Shown here: positions 30,470-40,521 of the stretch, piece by piece | How the letters are laid out: every line of letters begins with the position of its first letter | How positions within the stretch are numbered: position 1 is the stretch's first letter | Source of the DNA: a virus | Lineage: Duplodnaviria; Heunggongvirae; Uroviricota; Caudoviricetes | Direction: 5' to 3' (one strand) | DNA length: 64,000 nt | IMG/VR virus record: IMGVR_UViG_2799112330_000002 | Coordinates: 96,001-160,000 of that record | The notes under the pieces: model-generated | Databases searched by the model: none | What the model was told of the DNA's origin: nothing | What the model saw: only the letters and a program-made list of their open reading frames with translations | Position numbers and translations under genes: made by a program

Positions 30470-30509
30470 TATATGAAACGTATAGAATAATTCACACAGA
30501 TATACACAG

Positions 30510-30585
30510 AATGAATCGGACTCATCTCAAATATATTTTATAAGTAATTTAATATTTACTAGAATTGAGATGAGTCCGATTCATT
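30510..30585. repeat. Perfect 21-bp inverted repeat with 34-nt AT-rich spacer
   Basis: aatgaatcggactcatctcaa ... ttgagatgagtccgattcatt. Confidence 0.85.
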
Positions 30586-30667
30586 TATGATGAGATTCTA
30601 CATATTTACTCTTAACATTTCTTTTATATTATTATTAAATATATATTAAATTAATTATACTAATATT

Positions 30668-31207
30668 ATGAAAAGTATTAATTCATTCTTAACGGAAGCT
30701 ATTAAAGATGTTGATAAGGGAATTATTGATATGCTTAATCTATTTGCTAATAATAGTGATGGATATAGAAAAGAACTGTATTCTCAAATGGCTAAAGATG
30801 CTAATTCAATTGATATAGTTTCATTAGATGAAGTTTTTACAAAAGAAGAAATAAAAGAAATAAAGAAAAGAGTACAACCACAACCAAAATGCTGTTATGA
30901 GAATGCTTGGAAACTTTGTGACAGATTTGAATATGAAGGAAAGCATAAGATAGAATACTGTGAAGGATATATGAACTATAAGGGACTGCCAATAGAACAT
31001 GCCTTCAATAAAGTAGACGGTAAATATGTAGACATAACAGTTGAGTTAGCGTTAAAAAGAGATCCCAATGATGACACTTATATAGTAATTGGAGAATTTG
31101 ATACCGATAAAGTAAGAGAAATACTTGTTCAAAACGGATTCTATGGTAATATCTATGATACAATATTTCTGAACAAATACAAAGAAAAAATATCTAAAGT
31201 TGCATAA
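30668..31207 (+). CDS. Transglutaminase/papain-like Cys-His-Asp protein with capsid-targeting-like N-terminus
   Basis: MKSINSFLTE; CYENA, YCEGY, PIEHAFN, YVDIT. Confidence 0.55.
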   Translation: MKSINSFLTEAIKDVDKGIIDMLNLFANNSDGYRKELYSQMAKDANSIDIVSLDEVFTKEEIKEIKKRVQPQPKCCYENAWKLCDRFEYEGKHKIEYCEGYMNYKGLPIEHAFNKVDGKYVDITVELALKRDPNDDTYIVIGEFDTDKVREILVQNGFYGNIYDTIFLNKYKEKISKVA

Positions 31208-31222
31208 TTATATTCATTCTTA

Positions 31223-31260
31223 TTGAATTTTTGAATATTGTTACTATATTAATAATGTAA
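31223..31260 (+). promoter_or_regulatory. Early-type promoter motif
   Basis: ttgaatttttgaatattgttactatattaataatgtaa. Confidence 0.6.
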
Positions 31261-31277
31261 TTAAAACAATTAAAGAT

Positions 31278-31502
31278 ATGGATATACTTATTTATTATTT
31301 GATAGGTTGGCTGATTTTTTCAGTATGTATATATCTCTATAATGTATACGGAGATGATTGCAAAGAAAGCAAAAAGCTTTGGGTATGGAGAAGTTTCTGG
31401 TATGGAATATATTCTTGGGCTGGAATTATTCTTTGGTTAGTCATCTTCATTGTTTTTATAGTGTTTGAAATTAATGATTGGGTTGAAGAAAAACTAAAGT
31501 AG
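31278..31502 (+). CDS. Small two-TM membrane protein
   Basis: Two hydrophobic segments. Confidence 0.6.
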   Translation: MDILIYYLIGWLIFSVCIYLYNVYGDDCKESKKLWVWRSFWYGIYSWAGIILWLVIFIVFIVFEINDWVEEKLK

Positions 31503-31530
31503 ACAAATTCATTATATATTATGAAAAACT

Positions 31531-31556
31531 AAGGGTAACTTTAATGTTACCCTTTT
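31531..31556. terminator. Terminator between convergent genes
   Basis: aagggtaac-tttaat-gttaccctttt. Confidence 0.7.
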
Positions 31557-31579
31557 CTTGTTTATATCTTAAATAATTA

Positions 31580-34500
31580 TTATCCCATTTCAAATGAGTC
31601 TTCTACATTACCGCAAGTTACTTTGATTTCATCTCCTTCATTGAATGTAGTAGCAGTAAATTGTGCAATATAATTTGAAGGATTGACTGTCTCTATAAAA
31701 GTATCATTTACATATAATGAAAGACTATCAGTTGTATCAAAGTTAGTATAGCATTTAATTACTCTGTCAACTTTCTTAGTATAGTTTTGTCCACATATAT
31801 GAATAAATGGAGTAGGATTCCACCACGCTTTATATAAGTAGAATGTATCTTTCTTAGTAATATGATCACGTTCTACAAGACCTTTATTGTTCAATCTTCT
31901 TAATGAATCATCTGTTGTTACTGTTTCTCCATCAAGACATACAGTATAACCTTCATTACGATTAGATACTGCAATATCAAATAATTGCCATTGTGATGTA
32001 AATGCTAATTGTGGATAGTTCTTGATAGCAGCAATCTGTCCTTCATGCAACCACATCATATATTCAATATCATGACGTTCATGGTTACCTCTTGTTGTTG
32101 TAGTCAAAGGATCATCAGAGTGACATGACTGAGTACCACCACATCCATACTCTGAATAACAAAGTATCTTAGATTTATTAGTTATAGTATTTGTAATACG
32201 CTTATTGATTTCAGATGATGGATTATTTGAATTAGGACTTGCATACCATCCTACATAAATATTACATCCAAACCAATCACAATTAGGATTATTATAATAA
32301 GCTGATGGATCTACAGCAGATTGTGCCATTACATATCCAACCCATGCTGTAGGAAGTACATTCTTAATAATTGTAACATACCCATTCATCTTTTCCTTTG
32401 CAAAATCTTTATCGTCAGTTGTTGTCTCATTACTTAATCCCCAGAAGATAATACATGGGTGATTCATATGTTGTTCAATCATATCTTGATATTGTGTTTC
32501 AAGGTGTGTGAAATAATCAGCAGGCATTGTACTTTGCATCTTATTGACACATGGCCCTTCAGTCTGAACTATAATACCAAGTTGATCACATCTATCATAT
32601 ACTTCCTTAGGATGTGGATAGTGAGCAAGACGTAAGAAATTAAGATTAAGCTCTTGTATAGTATTGAATGTATTGTTATAGTCAGTATCATCTAATGCAT
32701 TTGCTTTTCCATCTATATCATCGTGCATACAACATCCACGTAATAATAATGGTTGTCCATTCAATAAGAATCCTGTATATGGATCTTCATTAGCAAGAAC
32801 TGTTGTATCATTAATTACATAATCATAGAAACGTAATCCATAAGGACGAACAAATCTATGATAAAGAACATTATCTTTAGAAATTTCAAGTGTTATATTA
32901 TATAAGTGTGGATCTGCTTTACCATTCCAAAGATGTGGATTAGTAATTGTATTTGTAAATGTCATTTCTGTTCCATCACTTACTATAGTATCTGACCAAC
33001 TATATGTTCCATCACTTATCAAACATGTTACTGAAGCCCCTGTAGGAACAGTTGTCTTGATATTCAATGTTGCTGATGCTGCAGTTACTGTTGAATATAC
33101 ATGGAATCCATCATATCCATATTGTGTCCCTGGTAAGCATGGACTAGTAAATAGTTTAACTTTACCCAATGTTGCATTGAAGTTGAAGTCAGCATTTGCC
33201 GGAGCAAGATTATTTCCTTCATTATTCTTAAGTTGTATCTTTACATTATTTTGACCAGCATGTACAAAATTAGATATATCTACAGTAAATGCTGTATATC
33301 CTCCCCAGTGCTTTGTAACTTGTACATCATCAATATATATAGTTGCAGATTGGTCGGCATGTTGGAACCAAAGATAGGTAGGTTGAGCTTGACGTAATGC
33401 AAAGCTTGTTTCAAATGTGAATGTACCTTTTGAATAACTTGCTGAGTGACCATCAACACCATTAGCTGAGAATGGAGCTGTAACTTCTTGACCACCATAT
33501 TGCCATTTATTCAAATCACGATTAGATGCTTCAATAGGTACATCACTAACATATACACAAGTTTGTTTTACAATACGACTTTCTACACCATTTAATTCTG
33601 AATATGCTTGAACTACTGTATCACCGGTAATTGTTAGAGGTGTTGAATATGCAGTAAAGTCAGTATCACCAGTAAGTTTATAATATATTGTTGCTCCTTG
33701 AGTTTCACATGCTAATGTAATGGTTGAGAATCCATCATAAGTAATAGTTGGCGGAGCAACAGGAACATCATCATAAACTAGCCAGTTTATTGGAATTCCA
33801 TTTGCTCCTCTTGACCAAGTAGAAACTGATACCCCGCTATCTTTAACAAATGTACCTGATGATGCAACGCCAGTCACCCAGCCTTTTTTACAATCGGTTT
33901 GATTAAATCCTGTAATTGCCATACATTTGATGAAATTAAGACTTGAACATCCAGTAAACATACTTCCATAACAACTATTAACTAATGTTTCAGCAAGAAG
34001 ATCTGGAGCTTCTGTTATAGCACATGATTCAAACATATACCAATAACAGTATTTAGCAAGTGTTGTAGCAGGTAATGCTGGAGCCTTTGTTAAATTAGTT
34101 GCCCAACTAAACATAGCACGATAACATGCTTCTGTTAATGTTGTTACAGGTAATATAAGATTTTCAGCTGATACGACTTTTGCCTTCTTAAATAATGAAC
34201 ATAAATTATATGTACCGCTTGGAAATGATGTCTGATTTATAAAGTTATCTCCATATATTAATGACATTACGTTACCTTCAACATTAAATGATGCTGCATT
34301 GCTAACATAATCTCCATTCGTACCAGATTCTCCTAATCCGAATCCTGAATATTGTGATTTATTATTATTACAATATGTTGCATTATTACCACGGAATCTA
34401 ATAGTATCTCCTTGTGAAACATTTATCATAACACCATTTGATGTTGATGTTATTGATGTCCAAGGGCCGCCATTTAGACTATATTCAATAGTTTTTGATG

Positions 34501-37231
34501 TTGTATTTTGCTTCCAAGGTATTACACCATTTTCCAATATTTGGAATGTAAGATAATCCATGCTATAATCATGAACATCACTATATATACAAGTTTCAGA
34601 AACAACTGAGCTTTGTTTGCCTCTTAACATTGAATATGCCTGTACATATGTATCATCAAGTATAGGAATAGGACCACTATATTGCACAAAACTACCTGTA
34701 TTATTTAATTTATAGAATATTGTAGCATTTGCGGTTGGACAATTTATGACAACAGAAGGTCCATTACCAATAATTATTGGTGGGTCTAATAAAATAGGAT
34801 CATAGATACAGTTTTCAATAGCTGTATGTCCTTGTACATTATTAACCATTACATAAGCTTCAACTACAGTATCTGCAAGTATTTCAATAGCTGAATCATA
34901 ATGAGTGAATTCTCCGGTCTGATTCAAACGATAATATATTTCAGCATTTGCCTGATTACATCCAATTGTAACTATTTCACCATTACAGCTAATAATTGGA
35001 GTCTCAATACCGTTATCATAAAGAGCAGTTGCTATAATAATATCACTTCGTTCATTTCCTACTTGCGCATATGTCTGAATAACTGTATCTTCTTCCAATT
35101 CAATAGGTGTTGTATATTGAATATAACTTCCTAATTGGTTCAATCTATAGTATATAATGGCACCTTGAGTATCACATGTCAAAGTTACTATATTATTAGA
35201 ATTATTTATTTCAGGCTCATCAATACCATTGTCATATGTATAAGAACGTGTTATGATATCTGATTTCTCTGCTTCAAGTTGTGAATAAGCTTGAATAGTT
35301 GTATCTTCTGTAATTGATATTGGACCTGTGTATAAAATGTATTCTCCAGAATTATTTAATTTATAATATATTGATGCACCTTGAGTAGCACATGTTATGG
35401 TAATTGTCTGACCATCTGTACAGGTAATGACAGGATCCTCAATATTATGAAGTTTCTTGATATAGAATTCAGATACATCCATATTACAGAAACGATAAGG
35501 ATTACCATTTCCATCTAATGCACAACCTACAGTTACTTTAATATATTTAAGTTCATTAGTATCTGGGAATGTTCCAGTTTTTGCCGCATGATAACCACCA
35601 ATTAATTCATCACATACAAATTGATTTGAAGAAAGTGTTGGGTCATAAACAATTTTAATATTATATTCATGAACATCATTAGAACCATTTACCTTATTAT
35701 TAGCTGTAGCTGTTATTGTTGTATTGGTGTTGCTACCTGTGGCAAATTGTGTACCAAGTTGAATAGTTCTTGGGGCCGATTCCGCATATCTAATTTGAAA
35801 CCCATACCAAGGTGATGGATTTTGCCGTTTCATCGCCATCACATTATGGTGATTATCATTTTGATTTGGTGGTTGATTTGTGTAATCTATGGTAAAGTGT
35901 AATACCATTTCAAAACCATGTGTCAAATCAAATGCATAATAATCAGTATTAACACCGCTTGTACCATCCATATTCATTGAGCCTCCTTCACTTCCGGATG
36001 TATCAATATCATATCCAGTAACTACAGGATCACCATTGTCATTATACTCAACTGTTTGTGTAGATGTATTACCTGATGTATCTTGTGTCTGATTTACTTG
36101 ATCTGTTGGATCACCGTTTTCATTATAATTAGTTGTTGATGAACTTGATGAACCATCTGAATTAGTTGTTGTCTCATTAGTTGTTGAACCAGTTGTATTA
36201 CCGTTTTCATCATAATGAGTTGTCTCGGTTTGTGTCTGTGATGATCCATCTTGATTATCCACAGTTGTTGATGTTGTTTCAGAAGAAGTACCATCAGAAT
36301 TTGTAGTTGTAGTTGTTTCCTCAGTAGTAATAGCACCAGTTTCAGGATCAGGAGCAGAAGTGTTTGTTGTAGTCTCTGTAGTTGTACCTGTTGAATCTGT
36401 TGTCGTAGTTGTAGTAGATGATGAACCATCAGTATTCTCAGTAGTCTCTGTTGATGTTGTCTGAGAATAACCATTTTCATCAGTTGTAGTAGTGGTAGTA
36501 GTGGTTGTAGTTGCACCAGTCTCTTGGTCTGTAGTAGTTGTAGTAGTCTCTGTAGTAACAGTACCATTTTCGTCAACAGTTGTCTCTGTAGTTGTTCCTG
36601 CATCATACACCAAATTGATTTGTTTGGTCGCAGTATATGTATTATTATTACGAGTATATTCTGCTTCAACTTCTATAGTACCTGATGAAATAATAGTAAT
36701 ATTACCACGATTGTCAATTTGAGCAAAATTATTACCGTTTACAATTGTCCATTCTGGATTGACTATTGTTGAATTGAATCTACCGATGACATTTCCAGAT
36801 GTACCTGTAATAGTATCTGCACCTTCAATAGTCAATTGGTTGTCATAAGATATAGTAATAGTCTTTGTAGCTGTCTTTCCTCTATATACTGCTTGTACAA
36901 CTATAGGCTCATTTATGACACCAACATCAATAGTGACTTTACCGTTCTCATTGATTGTTGCATATTGACCACCTGAAATAATTGACCAAGTTGGAGCGAC
37001 TATTCTATTATTATATACATAAGTAAGATTGAATGTTTTACCAGTGAATGTATCAACACCAGAAATAACATAAGTGACTTCATCATCAATCTTGACTTCA
37101 CTATAGAAATAAATATTAGATGTCAATATACTTGACTGAACATCTGTTTGTAATACCCATTGCCCATCAACTTTTCTATAGACATCTAATACTTCAACCC
37201 ATTCACCATTTAGCTTTATATAATCCGCCAT
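31580..37231 (-). CDS. Modular virion glycosidase: Ig-like domains, Thr-rich stalk, FN3-associated/CHB_HEX_C repeats, BspA-like LRR and C-terminal GH2 domain
   Basis: GH2 motifs GFLLNG..LRGCCMHDD, FLRLAHYPH, HPCIIFWGLSNE, SEYG, NNKGLV; five (TIT.TC.T.GA.IYY.L..YT.PI.I..DT.IQAY) repeats. Confidence 0.85.
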   Translation of the reverse strand: MADYIKLNGEWVEVLDVYRKVDGQWVLQTDVQSSILTSNIYFYSEVKIDDEVTYVISGVDTFTGKTFNLTYVYNNRIVAPTWSIISGGQYATINENGKVTIDVGVINEPIVVQAVYRGKTATKTITISYDNQLTIEGADTITGTSGNVIGRFNSTIVNPEWTIVNGNNFAQIDNRGNITIISSGTIEVEAEYTRNNNTYTATKQINLVYDAGTTTETTVDENGTVTTETTTTTTDQETGATTTTTTTTTTDENGYSQTTSTETTENTDGSSSTTTTTTDSTGTTTETTTNTSAPDPETGAITTEETTTTTNSDGTSSETTSTTVDNQDGSSQTQTETTHYDENGNTTGSTTNETTTNSDGSSSSSTTNYNENGDPTDQVNQTQDTSGNTSTQTVEYNDNGDPVVTGYDIDTSGSEGGSMNMDGTSGVNTDYYAFDLTHGFEMVLHFTIDYTNQPPNQNDNHHNVMAMKRQNPSPWYGFQIRYAESAPRTIQLGTQFATGSNTNTTITATANNKVNGSNDVHEYNIKIVYDPTLSSNQFVCDELIGGYHAAKTGTFPDTNELKYIKVTVGCALDGNGNPYRFCNMDVSEFYIKKLHNIEDPVITCTDGQTITITCATQGASIYYKLNNSGEYILYTGPISITEDTTIQAYSQLEAEKSDIITRSYTYDNGIDEPEINNSNNIVTLTCDTQGAIIYYRLNQLGSYIQYTTPIELEEDTVIQTYAQVGNERSDIIIATALYDNGIETPIISCNGEIVTIGCNQANAEIYYRLNQTGEFTHYDSAIEILADTVVEAYVMVNNVQGHTAIENCIYDPILLDPPIIIGNGPSVVINCPTANATIFYKLNNTGSFVQYSGPIPILDDTYVQAYSMLRGKQSSVVSETCIYSDVHDYSMDYLTFQILENGVIPWKQNTTSKTIEYSLNGGPWTSITSTSNGVMINVSQGDTIRFRGNNATYCNNNKSQYSGFGLGESGTNGDYVSNAASFNVEGNVMSLIYGDNFINQTSFPSGTYNLCSLFKKAKVVSAENLILPVTTLTEACYRAMFSWATNLTKAPALPATTLAKYCYWYMFESCAITEAPDLLAETLVNSCYGSMFTGCSSLNFIKCMAITGFNQTDCKKGWVTGVASSGTFVKDSGVSVSTWSRGANGIPINWLVYDDVPVAPPTITYDGFSTITLACETQGATIYYKLTGDTDFTAYSTPLTITGDTVVQAYSELNGVESRIVKQTCVYVSDVPIEASNRDLNKWQYGGQEVTAPFSANGVDGHSASYSKGTFTFETSFALRQAQPTYLWFQHADQSATIYIDDVQVTKHWGGYTAFTVDISNFVHAGQNNVKIQLKNNEGNNLAPANADFNFNATLGKVKLFTSPCLPGTQYGYDGFHVYSTVTAASATLNIKTTVPTGASVTCLISDGTYSWSDTIVSDGTEMTFTNTITNPHLWNGKADPHLYNITLEISKDNVLYHRFVRPYGLRFYDYVINDTTVLANEDPYTGFLLNGQPLLLRGCCMHDDIDGKANALDDTDYNNTFNTIQELNLNFLRLAHYPHPKEVYDRCDQLGIIVQTEGPCVNKMQSTMPADYFTHLETQYQDMIEQHMNHPCIIFWGLSNETTTDDKDFAKEKMNGYVTIIKNVLPTAWVGYVMAQSAVDPSAYYNNPNCDWFGCNIYVGWYASPNSNNPSSEINKRITNTITNKSKILCYSEYGCGGTQSCHSDDPLTTTTRGNHERHDIEYMMWLHEGQIAAIKNYPQLAFTSQWQLFDIAVSNRNEGYTVCLDGETVTTDDSLRRLNNKGLVERDHITKKDTFYLYKAWWNPTPFIHICGQNYTKKVDRVIKCYTNFDTTDSLSLYVNDTFIETVNPSNYIAQFTATTFNEGDEIKVTCGNVEDSFEMG
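36060..36600 (-). repeat. Low-complexity Thr/Ser/Asp-rich coding repeat
   Basis: TTTETTTTTT..DG.SS.TTT units within the GH2 protein. Confidence 0.8.
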
Positions 37232-37283
37232 TACTACCTATAAAAATGTATTTCCTCTATATATTTTTATTATTCTGTAATAT

Positions 37284-37496
37284 TTATTTCATTTTATAGT
37301 TGTTATAATCACTCCACCATTTAATTACTTTATCTAATTGTTTATCATCTGGCTCACCATTACCAGCATTCTTTTTTCTATCATCATTATCTTTATATGC
37401 ATTTAATGCCTTTTTAATGACTTCATATTCAAATGGTGGAACTTCAAATACTCGTTCATATTTTTCATTAACTATATAGTCTTTAATATCTTTCAT
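37284..37496 (-). CDS. Putative internal head protein
   Basis: MKDIKDYIVNE. Confidence 0.65.
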   Translation of the reverse strand: MKDIKDYIVNEKYERVFEVPPFEYEVIKKALNAYKDNDDRKKNAGNGEPDDKQLDKVIKWWSDYNNYKMK

Positions 37497-37508
37497 AATT
37501 TTTATTTA

Positions 37509-37916
37509 CTATATATTTTTTGATTCATCCCAAATATCTTTAATGATTTGCTTTACTTTACTATCATTTCTGATTTTCTTTATAATTGGTGTTAAATCTT
37601 TTAATCTTTTATTTTTATTTTTAGACCATTTGATATAGTCTTCATCTTGATCTAATATCTTCTTAATTGCTTTTAACTCTCTTTTATGCTTAAATTCTTC
37701 AAATTTATCTTTAGTAATTTCTTTTAATGTACTTATACCAAATGTAGCATCTTCAAGTCCAGTGGCAAAAAATATGCCAGCCCATAGAAAATATAAAACA
37801 TACACAGCAATAGCATAAGGTTGCCATTCAGCTGGTAATAAATGTACTGGATATACAAAATTTTCATCAATTTGTTGTTCATTTTCATTAATGATATAGT
37901 CTTTAATGTCTTTCAT
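37509..37916 (-). CDS. Putative internal head protein with a TM segment
   Basis: MKDIKDYIINE; hydrophobic AIAVYVLYFLWAGIFFA. Confidence 0.65.
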   Translation of the reverse strand: MKDIKDYIINENEQQIDENFVYPVHLLPAEWQPYAIAVYVLYFLWAGIFFATGLEDATFGISTLKEITKDKFEEFKHKRELKAIKKILDQDEDYIKWSKNKNKRLKDLTPIIKKIRNDSKVKQIIKDIWDESKNI

Positions 37917-37950
37917 AAAATTATTATCTATATTTTTTTATTAAATTATT

Positions 37951-38466
37951 TTATAATACGGCTGAATAAATAATGCCATCCTTTTCTTCCCCATGGCCAA
38001 TATTACGATAAGATGTTACTTTCCCATAGTCATTACGAATGTTATAAACAACATCGTCAGTATCTTTGCATACAACAATTTTTTCTAATGTCTTAAACCA
38101 TTCATAACCGCGTTTCTTGTCTTTAAGTACATCTTTTGCTTCTTCTTCATTAGTTGTATAGAAAGCAACATAAGTCAATTTCTTAGCCATTGGACGTGAT
38201 GTAGTACAAACATATATTGATGCATCTTTATCAGTTATGTCAGATGAATAAGTTGATTGTACAGCAAATACTTTATCTTGACCTTCAATTTTACCACGTT
38301 CTTGATATATTGATCCAGTTGAACCAACAAATGAAAGTTTTTCTTCTGTATCTCCACCACCAGCACCATTAGCATATTTTAGACCAAGAAATTTTTGAAC
38401 ATTTTGGGGAGCTAATGTATCACCATTTCTCCAACCTTCTAGAATATATGTCTTTATATCTTTCAT
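37951..38466 (-). CDS. Putative internal head protein
   Basis: MKDIKTYILE. Confidence 0.65.
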   Translation of the reverse strand: MKDIKTYILEGWRNGDTLAPQNVQKFLGLKYANGAGGGDTEEKLSFVGSTGSIYQERGKIEGQDKVFAVQSTYSSDITDKDASIYVCTTSRPMAKKLTYVAFYTTNEEEAKDVLKDKKRGYEWFKTLEKIVVCKDTDDVVYNIRNDYGKVTSYRNIGHGEEKDGIIYSAVL

Positions 38467-38494
38467 AATTTTTATTTACTATATTTGATTTATT

Positions 38495-38761
38495 TTATAC
38501 TACTTTATAAGTGACATCAACTTGAATGATATCAATGTCCCCATAATGTCCTTTTGTTTCTCTATCTGCGGCGTTTTTCTCTACTTTGGCTTTATATAGT
38601 GTCTTACCTTTCCATGCATGACTTATATTTTTAGTAGTCTTCCACCATTCAGCATCAGAATATATATATTCGTCCTTGTGTTCACCATTTTTGATCCTAA
38701 GAACAAAATATCTTTCACTGCTTAATGATTCATTAACAAATCTTTCAGTAATGTCTTTCAT
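38495..38761 (-). CDS. Putative internal head protein
   Basis: MKDITERFVNE. Confidence 0.6.
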   Translation of the reverse strand: MKDITERFVNESLSSERYFVLRIKNGEHKDEYIYSDAEWWKTTKNISHAWKGKTLYKAKVEKNAADRETKGHYGDIDIIQVDVTYKVV

Positions 38762-39057
38762 ACTTTATGTTGTTTTTGATATTTTTCAAATTCTTCATCA
38801 GTTTTATCGCTAAGATACTTTTCTTCAAATTCATGCATTTCAGAAGAAGTAAAAGGTTGATTAGATTTATATTTTTTATCGAACTCATCAGAAGACCCAA
38901 ACCATGCTGTAAGTATATATTCTAATCCATCATTTGAGTTTTTATCTCCACAAAATTGTGAAGCCGCAGCATAAAATTTTGGACATTCATTTTTTATTTG
39001 TTTAATATTAATATTATCTTTAATTGATTCATTAATATATTGATTAATTGATTTCAT
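38758..39057 (-). CDS. Putative internal head protein
   Basis: MKSINQYINE. Confidence 0.65.
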   Translation of the reverse strand: MKSINQYINESIKDNINIKQIKNECPKFYAAASQFCGDKNSNDGLEYILTAWFGSSDEFDKKYKSNQPFTSSEMHEFEEKYLSDKTDEEFEKYQKQHKV

Positions 39058-39079
39058 AAGCTTTATATTTTATATGTTT

Positions 39080-40405
39080 TTACTCTGTTTGCATATATAA
39101 GTCTCCATTATTTCCATTAGCATTATTTGGTACACCTTGTCCTGAATATAAAACAGATGGAGAAACTAATTGCCATTGACCATTTACTACCATAAGTATC
39201 TTTCCATTATCAGAAGCAGAAACTTGTGGAAGTCCTGATACAACTATATTTCCAGTACCTACAAGTGATTCATTATTGATTGTCTTAAGTGATTGATGCT
39301 CTGTAAGGAATGTTGTACCTTTTGTCAATGTTATCTCATGATTATTTACTGTTATGTCTGTTACTGCATTTCCTGCACCTGTTGTAGTACCTTTTGATAG
39401 TGGAGTTTCGGTTTTCAAGAATGTATTATAGTTATAACTACTGTCTGCTATTGTTCCATCTGAATTAAAATAAGCAAAATTACCAGTTGTTGGATTTGAT
39501 ACTTTAGGAATCTTTGCACTTATTTGTGTTGTTAATGTGCCTGCCAAATCTGCATCATTATTTAATGCATATGCAATTTCTTGTAATGTATCTAATGCAT
39601 CAGGAGCTGTTCCTATCAAATCAGCAAACTTAGTATATACTGCACCACCAGAAACAGGATTAGTATCATTCTCAGTTACTGTTGTTGATGTTGTTGGAAC
39701 TGTTGGTATAGTTGGCTTGTTTAATATATAAGCATAACTAGTAGAATCAGAAATATTCCAGTCAGCCCTTATATTATTACGAGCATCAAGAGCCTGTTGG
39801 AGAGTTTCATTAGTTTGGTTTTTAAAAACAACTTTTATCCAATCCCAATTTGAAAACTGAGGAGCAATAGAATCCATTTTAATAAGTTCAGGCCCTATAA
39901 ATATATTCGTATCTATATCATTTGTAAATATTTTATTACCATAGATATATTCTTCTCCCATTGTATGAACCAAATTACTATCATTCGGAATTACTGGTTT
40001 ATTTAATATATAAGTATAACTTGTAGAATCGCTTTCATTCCAATCTGATTTTACTAACTCTGGTATAGTTGGTTTGTTTTGAATATATGCAGCACTTGAT
40101 GAATTAGTTTCATTCCAATTTGGATTAGTTTCAATTGTTAAGAAATTTGAAAGATCTGGTTTATTCAATATATATGTTTCTTTTGTAGAATCTGACTCAT
40201 CCCAATCTGATTGAACATTTTCATATGATGTGCCTTCAATACCACTAAGACGATCATTAAGATCATTTATTCTTTGAGATATTGCATTATTGTTTTGCGG
40301 TATAATCTCTAATATAGCTTGAACAGTTTGGTCAGAAATTATATATGATACACCATTTATATTGATTGCTGATAATTTATTTACTGGATATACTGGATCT
40401 GCCAT
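39080..40405 (-). CDS. Tail fibre-like protein
   Basis: Four (S/A)DWNxSDSTS..YILNKP-type repeats, APDALDTLQEIA, LPQVSASDNGKIL.V.NGQW. Confidence 0.75.
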   Translation of the reverse strand: MADPVYPVNKLSAININGVSYIISDQTVQAILEIIPQNNNAISQRINDLNDRLSGIEGTSYENVQSDWDESDSTKETYILNKPDLSNFLTIETNPNWNETNSSSAAYIQNKPTIPELVKSDWNESDSTSYTYILNKPVIPNDSNLVHTMGEEYIYGNKIFTNDIDTNIFIGPELIKMDSIAPQFSNWDWIKVVFKNQTNETLQQALDARNNIRADWNISDSTSYAYILNKPTIPTVPTTSTTVTENDTNPVSGGAVYTKFADLIGTAPDALDTLQEIAYALNNDADLAGTLTTQISAKIPKVSNPTTGNFAYFNSDGTIADSSYNYNTFLKTETPLSKGTTTGAGNAVTDITVNNHEITLTKGTTFLTEHQSLKTINNESLVGTGNIVVSGLPQVSASDNGKILMVVNGQWQLVSPSVLYSGQGVPNNANGNNGDLYMQTE

Positions 40406-40428
40406 TACTTATAAAACATATTTATTTA

Positions 40429-40443
40429 TATAATTAAAAATAA
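40429..40443 (-). promoter_or_regulatory. Putative late promoter motif
   Basis: TATAATTAAAAATAA, the reverse complement of the 15-mer. Confidence 0.55.
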
Positions 40444-40455
40444 TTTTTTTAGACG

Positions 40456-40486
40456 AAAAGAGAGCTATATTTCTATAACTCTCTTT
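40456..40486 (-). terminator. Probable terminator
   Basis: aaaagagagctata-tttc-tataactctcttt. Confidence 0.55.
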
Positions 40487-40521
40487 ATGTTTTTTCTTAA
40501 GTTGTATATTAACTATTTATA

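Noticed and set aside
36094-36722. Alternative-frame ORFs (Gln/Leu-rich 191 aa; Val-rich 76 aa)
   Set aside because: Shadow frames of the Thr-rich low-complexity stalk.
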